This document shows positions 10,017 through 20,454 of a stretch of 64,000 nucleotides of DNA, one piece after another (within the stretch, counting starts at the first letter, position 1; each line of letters opens with the position of its first letter). Source of the stretch: an uncultured delta proteobacterium. Its GTDB lineage: Bacteria; Desulfobacterota; Desulfomonilia; Desulfomonilales; Desulfomonilaceae. The notes under the pieces were generated by a model. The model saw only the letters and a program-made list of their open reading frames with translations, had not been told where the DNA came from and did not search any database. The stretch is from the NCBI GenBank assembly GCA_963789265.1, contig CAWBKB010000007.1, positions 288,001-352,000 on the forward strand, in the 5' to 3' direction. The position numbers were made by a program, and so were the translations under genes.

Positions 10017-12752
10017 ATGATCGGCATAGTTTCCTATGGCGGATATATCCCTAAACTTCGACTCGACCGAATGAGCGTATTCCAAAACATGGGCTGGTTT
10101 GCGCCCACGATCGTGATGGTGGCGCAGGGCGAGCGCTCGTTCTGCAACTGGGACGAAGACAGTATCACCATGGCTGTGGCTGCGGCGCAGGACTGTCTCA
10201 AAGGCGTCGACAAGCGAGCCCTCGACGGTCTGTTTCTATGCTCGACCACACTGCCGTTCCAAGACCGTCTCAATGCAGGGATCGTCAAGAGTGCGCTTAA
10301 TCTTGAGGACAACATAGTCGCGCAGGACGTTACTTCATGTCTCAGGGCCGGCACCACAGCACTGATCACCGCGCTTAACTCTGTAGCCGGCGGTGGGATG
10401 CATCAGGCGCTCGTGGTGGCCACGGACAAACGACAGACCCGCACCGCGAATTTTTACGAGATGTGGTTAGGCGACGCAGCGGCCGGGGTGGTTGTGGGCG
10501 ACACTAATGTGATTGCGGAATTCAAGGGCTCGTACTCGGTGGCCCACGACTTCGTCGACCACTACCGGGGCGACGGCAACCGCTTCAATTACACCTGGGA
10601 AGAGCGCTGGGTCCGAGATGAGGGATACTCGCGGATTATCCCCGAGGCGGTAAAAGGCCTGTTCGACAAGCTCTCCATCACCATGAATGATGTGGACAAA
10701 TTCGTTTTCCCCTGCTTTTTGAAGGGCGAACATCGAAAAATAGCCGGAAGCCTGGGCGCGGGACCTGACAAGGTCGCGGACAACCTCCATGAAGTTTGCG
10801 GGGAAACCGGTGCAGCGCATCCTCTAGTGATGCTCGTCCAGGCATTGCAGCACGCGGCGCCGGGTGATCGGATACTGGTGGCCGGATTCGGCCAGGGCTG
10901 TGACGCTCTGTACTTTCATGTGACCGACAACATTGAGAAAATGCCGCAGCGTACTGGGATTACCGGTTCGTTGGCCAATAAGCGACAGACGAGCAACTAT
11001 CTGAAGTTCCTTAAGTTTCGCGACTTGCTCCCCACCGAGATGGGCATCCGTGCCGAAGTCCCCATGCAGACGGCGATGTCGGTCCTCTGGCGCAAGAGAA
11101 AGATGCTCCTGGGAATGGTGGGCGGTAAATGCGCAAAATGCGGGACCCCGCAGTTCCCCAAGATGGATATCTGCGTCAACCCCGACTGTAAGGCCATATA
11201 CTCACAGGAGGACTACGAGTTTGCCGACGTGCCTGCTACGGTCAAAAGTTTCACCGGCGACCTTCTCGCTGTGTCCCTGGACCCTCCCGCCGTGTACGGC
11301 ATGGTCCAGTTTGAAGGCGGCGGCCGTTTTATGGCGGATTTCACCGACTGCGAGATGTCCGATGTGAAGGTCGGACAGCCGGTGACTCTGTCATTCCGTA
11401 AGCGGTACCTCGATAAGGATCGCGGCTTTACGGGCTACTTCTGGAAAGCAGTACCCTTGCCTGTGCCTGAAGGGGTCAAGGAGCCGGAAACGGCTGAGGA
11501 AATCCGTTTTGACGGCAAGGTTGCGGTAGTAACGGGTGCTGGAGGGGGTTTGGGTCGGACGTATGCACTGGAACTGGCCAGGCGCGGTGCCAAGGTGGTG
11601 GTGAACGACTTTGGCGGCGCGGGTGACGGAACCGGCTCGTCAGCAGGCCCCGCGGACCGGGTGGTCTCTGAGATTGAGGCCGCGGGCGGCAAAGCCGTGG
11701 CGAGCTACGACTCTGTGGCCACACCTGAAGGCGGCGAAGCCATCGTCAATAAGGCGATCGAGGTCTTCGGCCGCGTGGATATCCTGATCAACAATGCAGG
11801 GATCCTCCGCGACCGGACTTTGGCCAAGATGGAGCCGGCCGAATGGGACGCGGTGCTGTCCGTGCATCTGAACGGTGCGTACAACGTCACACGGCCCGCG
11901 TTCGTCAAGATGCGGGAACAGAGGTACGGCCGGATCGTGATGACCACATCCGCAGCCGGCTTGTACGGCAATTTCGGACAGACCAACTATTCCGCGGCCA
12001 AGATGGGGCTGATCGGCTTCATGAACACAGTAAAGCTCGAAGGAGAGAAGCACAACATCAAGATAAACACTGTAGCGCCCGTGGCCGTTACACGTCTCAC
12101 CGCGGACATCCTCCCGCAGGATTTGATGGAGAAACTCAAACCGGAATTCGTGTGCCCTCTCGTCATGTACTTGTGTTCCAATCAGTCCGAAGAGACAGGC
12201 CAAGTGTACAACGCGGGCATGGGGTGTTTCAACCGAGTCGCTGTGGTCACCGGACCGGGCGCGGTCCTCGGCGACGGTATCAATCCACCGACTCCGGAGC
12301 AGATCCATGAGCGTTGGAACGCGATCAACGACCTTGTTGGGGCTGTAGAGCTTCACAATACCGCTGCTGCGATGGGCGAACTGCTCAACGCGTTCTCGCC
12401 GCAAAAGAAAGAACAAGGACCTGCCACGGGCAAGCCTTCGGTGAAGGCGGTTTTCGAGAGTCTGCCCGGATCGTTTCAGGCCGACAAGGCAGCGGGGATC
12501 GACGCGGTCTTCCAGTACAAGATCACCGGTCCGGGCGGAGGTGAATGGTACACCATCATCAAGGACGGAGCCCTGGAAGTTAAGGAAGGGACACATGACA
12601 AACCGCACACGACCATCATCATGTCCGACGAGGACTTCACTGCGTTCATGAGCGGTCAGCTTAACGCAATGAAAGCGTTCACATCGGGCAAGCTTAAGGT
12701 GGAGGGCGACATCATGAAGTCGCAGCTCATCGCGAAGCTTTTCAAGTTCTGA
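10017..12752 (+). CDS. Fusion of HMG-CoA synthase/KASIII-like domain, DUF35 Zn-ribbon/OB-fold, SDR and SCP2
   Basis: GIVSYGGYIP..DEDSITMAVAA; CAKCGTPQFP..CVNPDC..GYFWKAVP; TGAGGGLG and YSAAK; AFTSGKLKVEGD. Confidence 0.9.
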   Translation: MIGIVSYGGYIPKLRLDRMSVFQNMGWFAPTIVMVAQGERSFCNWDEDSITMAVAAAQDCLKGVDKRALDGLFLCSTTLPFQDRLNAGIVKSALNLEDNIVAQDVTSCLRAGTTALITALNSVAGGGMHQALVVATDKRQTRTANFYEMWLGDAAAGVVVGDTNVIAEFKGSYSVAHDFVDHYRGDGNRFNYTWEERWVRDEGYSRIIPEAVKGLFDKLSITMNDVDKFVFPCFLKGEHRKIAGSLGAGPDKVADNLHEVCGETGAAHPLVMLVQALQHAAPGDRILVAGFGQGCDALYFHVTDNIEKMPQRTGITGSLANKRQTSNYLKFLKFRDLLPTEMGIRAEVPMQTAMSVLWRKRKMLLGMVGGKCAKCGTPQFPKMDICVNPDCKAIYSQEDYEFADVPATVKSFTGDLLAVSLDPPAVYGMVQFEGGGRFMADFTDCEMSDVKVGQPVTLSFRKRYLDKDRGFTGYFWKAVPLPVPEGVKEPETAEEIRFDGKVAVVTGAGGGLGRTYALELARRGAKVVVNDFGGAGDGTGSSAGPADRVVSEIEAAGGKAVASYDSVATPEGGEAIVNKAIEVFGRVDILINNAGILRDRTLAKMEPAEWDAVLSVHLNGAYNVTRPAFVKMREQRYGRIVMTTSAAGLYGNFGQTNYSAAKMGLIGFMNTVKLEGEKHNIKINTVAPVAVTRLTADILPQDLMEKLKPEFVCPLVMYLCSNQSEETGQVYNAGMGCFNRVAVVTGPGAVLGDGINPPTPEQIHERWNAINDLVGAVELHNTAAAMGELLNAFSPQKKEQGPATGKPSVKAVFESLPGSFQADKAAGIDAVFQYKITGPGGGEWYTIIKDGALEVKEGTHDKPHTTIIMSDEDFTAFMSGQLNAMKAFTSGKLKVEGDIMKSQLIAKLFKF
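11506..12151 (+). repeat. 646-bp direct repeat copy 2 (SDR domain)
   Basis: Matches 8744-9389. Confidence 0.95.
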
Positions 12753-12831
12753 TGGCAACGACCCGACCGGTGTCCTGGAACGAACCGAGCTTCGAAAACC
12801 AATGCGGAACAGCCTTCAGGAGGTTTGACCT

Positions 12832-14037
12832 ATGGCTACAGGCATTAGAGATAAGGTTGCGATTATTGGCATGGGATGTACCCGTTTCGGCGAACGCTGG
12901 GACGTGGGCGGCGAAGAGCTTATGGTGGAAGCGTACACCGAATGCCTTGCGGATGCGCAGCTTGACCCGGACGACATTCAGGCCGCGTGGTTCTCTACCT
13001 GTCTGGAGGAGATCGGCGTAGGAAAGAGTGCAATTCCGCTTGCCGTCACGCTTCGGCTGCCTCTCATCCCGGTGACACGCGTGGAAAACTTCTGCGCCAG
13101 CGGGACAGAAGCGCTTCGCGGCGCGGTGTACGCAGTGGCGTCGGGCGCCATCGACATCGCGCTGGCTCTGGGAGTGGAGAAACTGAAGGACACCGGGTAT
13201 GGCGGCCTACCGAACCCCGGTTCGAATGCCGGCACGTTAAATTGGTTGTGGTGGCCAAACGTGACTGCTCCGGGCACGTTCGCTCAGTTGGCGACCGCTT
13301 ACGCAGCCAAATTCAACATCCCCGAGCAGGAACTCAAGCGCGCCATGGCTCATGTGTCGGTAAAGAGCCACGCGAACGGCGCGTTGAATCCTAAAGCGCA
13401 CTTGCGCAAGCCCATCACCGAAGACCAGGTGATCAATGCGCCGATCATCGCGTATCCGCTCGGTCTCTTCGACTGCTGCGGCGTGAGCGACGGAGCGGCT
13501 TGCGCGATCGTCACGACGGTTGAGAAGGCTAAAGACCTCGGCAAGAAGGATATCGTCGCTGTAAAGGCGCTCCAAGGCGCACTTAGCTCCGGCGAAGAAG
13601 CGGGGTTCAACAGTTGGGACTGCGACCATTTCATCACCACATCCAAAGCGAGCACCAAAGCCTACGAGGAAGCCGGCATCACGGACCCGCGAAAAGAGAT
13701 CAGCATGATGGAACTCCATGACTGCTTCTCCATCACCGAACTCGTCACGTACGAGGACATGCACATCTCAGAGCGGGGCAACGCCTGGCGGGACGTGCTG
13801 GACGGTTTCTACGACCTGAGAGGCGGCGGGGTTCCGACCCAGGTGGACGGCGGCCTCAAATGCTTCGGTCATCCCATCGGCGCATCTGGGCTGCGGATGC
13901 TGTACGAAATGTACCTGCAACTCCACGGCCGCGCAGGCGAACGTCAGATCGAGGACCCGAGGTATGGCCTCACCCACAATCTGGGAGGCTTTCCATTCCA
14001 AAATGTTTGCAGTATCGCCATTGTCGGCAAGTATTAG
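12832..14037 (+). CDS. SCP2-type thiolase (acetyl-CoA acyltransferase)
   Basis: Motifs VENFCASG, ELHDCF, GHPIGASG and THNLGG. Confidence 0.93.
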   Translation: MATGIRDKVAIIGMGCTRFGERWDVGGEELMVEAYTECLADAQLDPDDIQAAWFSTCLEEIGVGKSAIPLAVTLRLPLIPVTRVENFCASGTEALRGAVYAVASGAIDIALALGVEKLKDTGYGGLPNPGSNAGTLNWLWWPNVTAPGTFAQLATAYAAKFNIPEQELKRAMAHVSVKSHANGALNPKAHLRKPITEDQVINAPIIAYPLGLFDCCGVSDGAACAIVTTVEKAKDLGKKDIVAVKALQGALSSGEEAGFNSWDCDHFITTSKASTKAYEEAGITDPRKEISMMELHDCFSITELVTYEDMHISERGNAWRDVLDGFYDLRGGGVPTQVDGGLKCFGHPIGASGLRMLYEMYLQLHGRAGERQIEDPRYGLTHNLGGFPFQNVCSIAIVGKY

Positions 14038-14094
14038 AGCGCGCGTTCGCCACGCGCCGCAAGCCGTCCGCGATGAAGTCTGAGAGGTATTTTT

Positions 14095-15237
14095 ATGGAA
14101 ATTGTACCCTATTCGGAAGAGCACAGGATTTTCAGAGAGTCAGTACGAAAGTTCTTCGAAAAAGAAGTCATACCCCACATTGACCAATGGGAAGAAGATG
14201 GAATCGTACCGCGCTCAATCTGGAAGAAAATGGGTGACAACGGGTTCCTCTGCATGGATGTGCCCGAAGAATACGGCGGTCTGGGCGCTGATTTCCTCTA
14301 TTCGGTCATCCTGATCGAGGAACTCGTGCGCACCAACCACGCCGGACTTGCCGCACCGCTGCACTCCGACATCGTGGTCCCCTACATCACCGCGTTCGCG
14401 TCTGAGGAACTCAAGCGCCGCTATCTCCCAGGGTGCGTGTCGGGCGACATTATCACGGCCGTCGGCATGACCGAACCCAACGCGGGAAGCGACTTGGCCG
14501 GCATCCGCACCACCGCGGCGGAGGACGGTGACCACGTGGTCATCAACGGCCAAAAGACTTTTATCAGCAATGGTATCCTCTGTGACCTGCTGGTACTGGC
14601 GGTCCGCGATCCCAAGGAATCCAACCCGTACCAGGCCATAGACCTGTATCTCGTGGAAGCAGAAACGCCGGGCTTCGAAAAGGGCCGGAACCTTAAGAAA
14701 ATCGGATGCCGCAGCCAGGATACTGCAGAGCTGTTCTTCAACGACTGCCGCGTTCCCAAGGCCAACCGCCTCGGACAGAAGGGGAGCGGCTTCATGATGC
14801 TAATGGACAAGTTGCAGCAAGAGCGCCTCGTTTGTGCGATCGGCGCGGTGCCCGCAATGGAACATATTCTCGATATGACCATAGCTTACTGTAAGGGACG
14901 CAACGCGTTCGGCCGCCCCATCTCCAAATTTCAGCACACCCAGTTCCAGCTTGTTGAAATGGCCACGGAAGTCAAGCTGGCACGCACCTTTGTCGATAAG
15001 CTCGTAGTCGATCATATTGAGGGGAAAAACATCGTAGTGGAAGTCTCCATGGCCAAGTACTGGACGACGGAGACCGCGTGGCGAGTCGCGGACAGATGCC
15101 TGCAACTCCACGGCGGGTACGGATACTGCGAAGAGTATCCGATCGCGCGAGCGTGGAGAGATCTACGGGTGGCGCGGATCTACGCCGGGACCAATGAGAT
15201 CATGAAGGTGATCGCGGCCAAGTTCATGGGCTTGTAG
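14095..15237 (+). CDS. Acyl-CoA dehydrogenase (long-chain type)
   Basis: Motifs GMTEPNAGSDL, NGQKTFISNG, QLHGGYGY and IYAGTNEIM. Confidence 0.95.
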   Translation: MEIVPYSEEHRIFRESVRKFFEKEVIPHIDQWEEDGIVPRSIWKKMGDNGFLCMDVPEEYGGLGADFLYSVILIEELVRTNHAGLAAPLHSDIVVPYITAFASEELKRRYLPGCVSGDIITAVGMTEPNAGSDLAGIRTTAAEDGDHVVINGQKTFISNGILCDLLVLAVRDPKESNPYQAIDLYLVEAETPGFEKGRNLKKIGCRSQDTAELFFNDCRVPKANRLGQKGSGFMMLMDKLQQERLVCAIGAVPAMEHILDMTIAYCKGRNAFGRPISKFQHTQFQLVEMATEVKLARTFVDKLVVDHIEGKNIVVEVSMAKYWTTETAWRVADRCLQLHGGYGYCEEYPIARAWRDLRVARIYAGTNEIMKVIAAKFMGL

Positions 15238-15244
15238 CGAGCCG

Positions 15245-15560
15245 GTGGATGAGTGCGGAGGAGAGCCGGCTCCGCCGTTGCCTCGCACAAGGTGCCAAAC
15301 ATCATCGAGTTTGGGGACGTGTCGCTCAACGTTGGAAGGATGGTGGATAAGAGCCTGCTCAGACAAGGGACCGTCCCGGATTGGGCACAGCAGTTCAACG
15401 CTTCATGGAACTCCGAGATTCCGAAAGTTAAACTTCTCGCGGCTGCCTCAGTGCTGTTCCTCCGCGTCCACCTTCCCCACTGAATCAATCAGAGAATTCG
15501 AGGCGGTGGCAGCCGACGGCATTGCGATTGAAGCCTACGGCATGACCGAGTCAACCGAGA
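15245..15560 (+). pseudogene. Scrambled remnants of an acyl-CoA ligase
   Basis: ASHKVPNIIEF..VGRMVDKSLLR (C-terminal motif) is followed by EAYGMTES (A5 motif) in a different frame. Confidence 0.5.
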
Positions 15561-15620
15561 TGTTCTTAGGAACCGTTCCTGTAGGGTAGGCCGTGCCCAT
15601 TGAAGCGGAACCACGATGAT

Positions 15621-15848
15621 TCAAGGGCAGATTTGACCCTTAGCACATTCCATTGCAGGCAGTTTCGGAGGAATGGGCTCCAGTCTATACAACTCCTCGA
15701 CCCTCACCGACCCCTTTTCTACAAGTTTGTCAAATAGAGCCTTTAGCTGCTGCTGTGATAGCGCATATTTCTGCATCAGTTCGTGGTCAGCCATACCGAA
15801 GCGGACGTCATCGACCAGTTCCTTTTCGTTGACCGTCCTTTTTGCCAT
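15621..15848 (-). CDS. Small hypothetical protein of a lineage-expanded helical domain family
   Basis: MAKRTVNEKELVDDVRFGMADHELMQKYALS...LFDKLV; RBS AAGGGGG; resembles a Desulfomonile repeat family from memory. Confidence 0.6.
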   Translation of the reverse strand: MAKRTVNEKELVDDVRFGMADHELMQKYALSQQQLKALFDKLVEKGSVRVEELYRLEPIPPKLPAMECAKGQICP

Positions 15849-16750
15849 AGGAACCCCCTTTTGGCAGGAGTCATGTATAGATTGTATCACAAGAGCGTGT
15901 CAGGGAAGGAGAAGATTCCTCACCCTTTTGGCGCACCAATCAAATCTCCCAAAATCACCCATACCTTTCATCCAGGCATTCCGACCAATTTTCGGTTCTG
16001 ATGGATGCCAGTTGGACACCAAGTATTGAATCGTTATCTGAAAGGGAATGCCGTGGCATGCCATGAGAGGAAAACGAGAAATGAACTTTGAACAGCGGCT
16101 GCCACTCGCGGATGGTCTGGTTTATGCGAGGTTAGGAACTCAATCTCGTCTCGATTGGTAACATAGTGAGATGCCATGAATAGCTAAATCTAACCATTTC
16201 CGTCTCATTTGATCCTCCTTTCAACGGTTCATGCCGATGTGCTTCCGAGCACGTGCCTTGGCCCCCCCCTGCGGGCTGGGGATATTCTTCGCTGCAGACG
16301 ACGCAAAGCCGTCTAATCACTTCGCTCAGGAGACCCCCAGCCTCACGATGTTACGTGTTCGAAAGCGAATTGGTATCATCATTCCGCAAAGAGGACCGAC
16401 AGCGCCACGATACTATTCGTTTGCACCCGAATCGGTACGGGGCGCCGTGAGACTATTGCCATGAGACTTGGTATCAGCCACGTGCTCGGGTGCGCAAACA
16501 GCGTACTTTGTCAGTTATAGTGAACTGGATTGAGGATAGCGCTATCCTCAATCCAGTTCACTATCAGTCGACCAAAACTCCATCGAAATTTCACAATGTT
16601 CCGAGAGGAAACCTGTCGTTCGATAGTGCTCTGTTAGCGCAAAGTTCAATGACGTGCCCCATATTTCGCGCTCGAGGGAAAGAGCAGGGGAACCAGTTTT
16701 TCACACAAAGGATTTCCGCAGACCTCATCTCCTCTCACTGACAACCCGTC

Positions 16751-18751
16751 TCACACTTCCCGGCCGAGAGCAAATCCTGCGTCAATCGCTTCGCCGATCC
16801 TGGCCGGCTGCGCCGCGTCGCCTATAACCCGGACCTCCACTCCACTGTTTTCCAAGGCTGTTGCCAGAGAATTCACAGAGCGGGACCCCATCGCGAGCAC
16901 CACGGTGTCAGCGGAGAGTGCGATGTCTTGGCCGTCGGCATTGGTGTACACCACCTCCCCTGACCGAATGTATTTCATCGTCGCGCGGGTGATCAGCTCA
17001 ATCCCTCTCATATTTAGATTCTTCATGAGAACCCATCGCGTGGAAGGGCCGACATCCTGGCCCATGCGGGGGGCCATTTCGATGACGGTCACCCTTTTCA
17101 CGCCTTTCACCATGAGACCATACAGAACGTCGGGCTTTTCCGCCTGGTGGAGCGTGAGAAAATAGAGCTGAAACGGTGAAATGGTCCCCTGGGACGCTAG
17201 GAACGCCGCGGTCTCCAACCCAACCGATCCCCCGCCGACGATGACGACGTTGCGGCCCGTTTGGGCTCTTCCTTGAAGCACGTCCCACGCCTGAACGACA
17301 TGAGGCACGTTTACCGCGTCCACGGGGGGCTTAAAGGGCGCCGCTCCTGTGGCCACCACGACAAGGTCGGGGTCCTCTTGGAAAACGAGGTCGCGCGTGA
17401 CTTCGACCCCGGTGCGAACGTCCACTCCATGTTTGGACAACATAGCTTTGTAGTACGTGAACATGTTCATGAACTCAGGCTTGTGCGTGGGGCCCGCGGC
17501 CCATCGAACCTGCCCGCCGATCTCGGGTTCCTTATCGCATAAGATCACCCGGTGGCCGCGTTGAGCCGCGGTCCAAGCGAATTCACATCCGGCCGGGCCT
17601 GCTCCCGCGACGAGGATCGTTTTGGCGCGGTCGGTTCCGGTGATTTCGGTATCCTCCTCTCTTCCTGTTGTGGGATTCACCATGCATCCGACTGGACGAA
17701 ACGTGACCACACGATCGAAACATCTCTGATTGCAAGCAACGCAACGGCGGATTTCCGCGAATCTCCCCTCCCGAGCTTTCTTCACAAATTCGGGATCGGC
17801 GAGCAGTCCCCTGGCCACGCCAACGAGGTCTGCGATCCCTTCCCGGAGAACTCTCTCTGCGACAAACGGGTCGTTGATCCTGTTGCATGCTATCACCGGG
17901 ATAGCCACGTTTTCCTTAATTCCGCCCGCGAGGTACGCATAGCCCGCCTGCGGCACATCCATTGTTATCTGAGGCACCCGGCTTTCGTGCCACCCTCCCG
18001 TCACGTTAATGCAATCAGCACCTGCGTCCTGGCACACTTTAGCGAAGACGCGGGCCTCTTCGTTCGTGTGGCTCTCAGGGACAAAGTCATTCCCCGCGAC
18101 CCGCACGAGAAGGGCCATGCCGGGACCCACTTCTTTCCGGACCTTCTCCACAACCTCGCGGCCGAACCTCATACGATTTTCCAGCGGGCCTCCATACTCG
18201 TCACCCCGCTTGTTGGTCTTCGGCGAGAGGAATTGCGAAATTAGGTACCCGGCTGCAAGGACCTCCACCGCATCGAACCCGGCTTGTCTCGCACGTGTCC
18301 CGGCTCGCACAAAGTCGTCCTGGACACGCTCGATATCCGCCAGTGTCATGGCGGTGGTCTTGTGCCTGGAAAGAGCGCTGACGTATTCGGATGGAGCCAG
18401 CACCGGAATGCCCTTCGTGCCGCAGAATGAGTACGCGCCCGCCATGTAGAGTTGAACCGCAACTTTGCCTCCTTCTTCATGGATGGCCTGGGTAAGACGG
18501 TTCAATCCCGGGATGAATTTGTCGTCTTTGATTGAGAGGAAAGAATCAATGCCTGAAGCTTCGTCATCAATCTCCACACCCCCCACAATGATCAATCCGA
18601 CTCCTCCGCGGGCCCGGGCCCGGTAGAAACCAATGATCTTGTCGGTGACCTCCCCGTTAGGGGTGTAGTTCAGATGCATCCCGGTCATGACGACTCTGTT
18701 GGCAAGGGGCATCGGACCTAAGGATATGGGGTCAAAGAGTTTGGTAATCAC
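16751..18751 (-). CDS. fadH: 2,4-dienoyl-CoA reductase-like NADH:flavin oxidoreductase (OYE domain, 4Fe-4S, FAD domain)
   Basis: GYLISQFLSPKTNKRGDEYGG, CVACNQRC..CMVNP, GAGPAG and GGGSVG; GTG start at 18751. Confidence 0.85.
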   Translation of the reverse strand: MITKLFDPISLGPMPLANRVVMTGMHLNYTPNGEVTDKIIGFYRARARGGVGLIIVGGVEIDDEASGIDSFLSIKDDKFIPGLNRLTQAIHEEGGKVAVQLYMAGAYSFCGTKGIPVLAPSEYVSALSRHKTTAMTLADIERVQDDFVRAGTRARQAGFDAVEVLAAGYLISQFLSPKTNKRGDEYGGPLENRMRFGREVVEKVRKEVGPGMALLVRVAGNDFVPESHTNEEARVFAKVCQDAGADCINVTGGWHESRVPQITMDVPQAGYAYLAGGIKENVAIPVIACNRINDPFVAERVLREGIADLVGVARGLLADPEFVKKAREGRFAEIRRCVACNQRCFDRVVTFRPVGCMVNPTTGREEDTEITGTDRAKTILVAGAGPAGCEFAWTAAQRGHRVILCDKEPEIGGQVRWAAGPTHKPEFMNMFTYYKAMLSKHGVDVRTGVEVTRDLVFQEDPDLVVVATGAAPFKPPVDAVNVPHVVQAWDVLQGRAQTGRNVVIVGGGSVGLETAAFLASQGTISPFQLYFLTLHQAEKPDVLYGLMVKGVKRVTVIEMAPRMGQDVGPSTRWVLMKNLNMRGIELITRATMKYIRSGEVVYTNADGQDIALSADTVVLAMGSRSVNSLATALENSGVEVRVIGDAAQPARIGEAIDAGFALGREV

Positions 18752-19175
18752 ATGAGCCTCATATTCATCTATGATCGGATCCTCCGCGGGGTCGAGACTG
18801 GAGCAGGAACCCCATAAACTCAAAGCGAGTGTCTTCCCGCTGTGCGTGGGTGATGAGAGGATCACGGTCCTGCCTCAGGCCCTCACCGGTCCATACCTCC
18901 GGTAACAGGCATGACTGCGCCGGTGAGGAATCGTGCGGCATCCGAAGCCAGGAAGGTGACTAGGGCGGCGACTTGCTCCACGCGGCCTGGGAGCCTGTCG
19001 CGCAGCGGCAGGCCCATGCTGCGCAGCGCTTAACCTAGCTTCACTTTGAGGAGGCATCGCAACTAGCCTCGCTGCGAATTCGCGTCGTTGCACCGTGCCG
19101 GAATGCGCGATGACCGCAGGATAGTGCAATGAGTGGCCCGATTCCCTATGCTTTTGGGGGTTGCGCGACCGGCTC

Positions 19176-20339
19176 TTAGAAGACTTGTGGGACTCCGTCT
19201 TCCAAGAGCTTCCGAGCGAGAAGCATTCTCTGAATCTCCGACGTTCCTTCGCCAATCCTCGAAGCCCTGGCCCTTCTGTAAATTCCTTCGATAGGACATT
19301 CCCTCATGTACCCCATACCTCCGTGGATCTGCAGGGCCTTGTCCGCTGCCCTGCAAAGCATCTCGGACGAAAACAATTTGACCATCCCCGATTCCCGGAT
19401 AATGTCCATGCTCTGATCGGCTTTCCATGCGGCGTGGTGCAGCATCAATCTGGCGGCATGGATCTCGACGGACATGTCTACAAGCATCCATTGGATGGCC
19501 TGATTTCGTGCAATCGGTTTCCCGAACTGGACCCGCTGCTTGGAATAATCAATGGCCAGCTGCAAGCACCTGTCTGCCATACCAATGAAAAAAGCGGCCA
19601 ATCGCAAGCGTCCTTCTCCAACTCGCTTGAGCGCCAGAAGAAACCCCTGTCCCACTGGACCGAGAACGTTGGTCTCCGGAACCCGGCAATCTTCAAAGAC
19701 CAACTCGCCGAGCCTGTCGTCTCCGCCCATGTGTTGGTGCACCCGGCCCAGAGAGAAGCCGGGGGTACCCTTGTCAACGAGAAAGCAAGTGATCCCTCTG
19801 TTAGCCTTGTCCGTCACTGCAAAGACGATGGCAAAATCTGCATACGGCGCGTTGGAAATGAAATGTTTTCGTCCATTGATGACATAATCGGAGCCCTCTC
19901 TGACAGCTCTGGTTTCTATAGACGCGGCGTCTGAACCGGCATTTGGCTCGGTCAGGGCAAAACACGACAATTTATCGGCTCTGATGGCCGGAAGGAGGTA
20001 CTTGTCCCGTTGTTCGTCGTTGCATTCCAGAAGAATGTGCGACATGGCCCCTGATTCTCCTAATATCGAGTCCGCGAGTTCCACGCCGGATCGACCAATC
20101 TCTTCTCTCAAGAGAGACATCCCCAGGTTGCTCAGACCTCCGCCGCCGAATTCTTCCGGAAAATCCCCAGCGTAAAAACCCACTTCTCTTGACCGGCGTC
20201 GTACGTGTCTTCGAACTTCTTCAGGGATAAACCCTTCAGCAGTCCGGTAGGATTCTTCCAGAGGCTTTACTTCCTTTGCTATGAACTTCTGGAGACTGGC
20301 GGTCAATGCTCTCAATTCATAGGGTATGGTGAAGTCCAT
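19176..20339 (-). CDS. Acyl-CoA dehydrogenase
   Basis: Motifs FALTEPNAGSDA, QIHGGMGY and IGEGTSEIQR. Confidence 0.95.
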   Translation of the reverse strand: MDFTIPYELRALTASLQKFIAKEVKPLEESYRTAEGFIPEEVRRHVRRRSREVGFYAGDFPEEFGGGGLSNLGMSLLREEIGRSGVELADSILGESGAMSHILLECNDEQRDKYLLPAIRADKLSCFALTEPNAGSDAASIETRAVREGSDYVINGRKHFISNAPYADFAIVFAVTDKANRGITCFLVDKGTPGFSLGRVHQHMGGDDRLGELVFEDCRVPETNVLGPVGQGFLLALKRVGEGRLRLAAFFIGMADRCLQLAIDYSKQRVQFGKPIARNQAIQWMLVDMSVEIHAARLMLHHAAWKADQSMDIIRESGMVKLFSSEMLCRAADKALQIHGGMGYMRECPIEGIYRRARASRIGEGTSEIQRMLLARKLLEDGVPQVF

Positions 20340-20454
20340 CGCGCACTTCCTTTCCGTGACCGCCTTGGCCTTATTGTCTGGATTAGCAACCGGCACCGTG
20401 GAGTGGTTACACGCTGCAGCCAGCACACCGATCGCGAATTGTCGTCAAAGCTTC

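Noticed and set aside
11640..12758. 372-aa antisense ORF and similar long antisense ORFs over catabolic genes
   Set aside because: They mirror well-supported genes and are explained by GC-rich codon bias
16081..16165. Possible PIN toxin remnant (NFEQRLPLADGLVYA)
   Set aside because: Too short to support without a search
16295..16345. GACGCAAAGCC as a c-di-GMP-I riboswitch core
   Set aside because: There is no upstream GNRA-capped P2 stem and no sensible downstream gene
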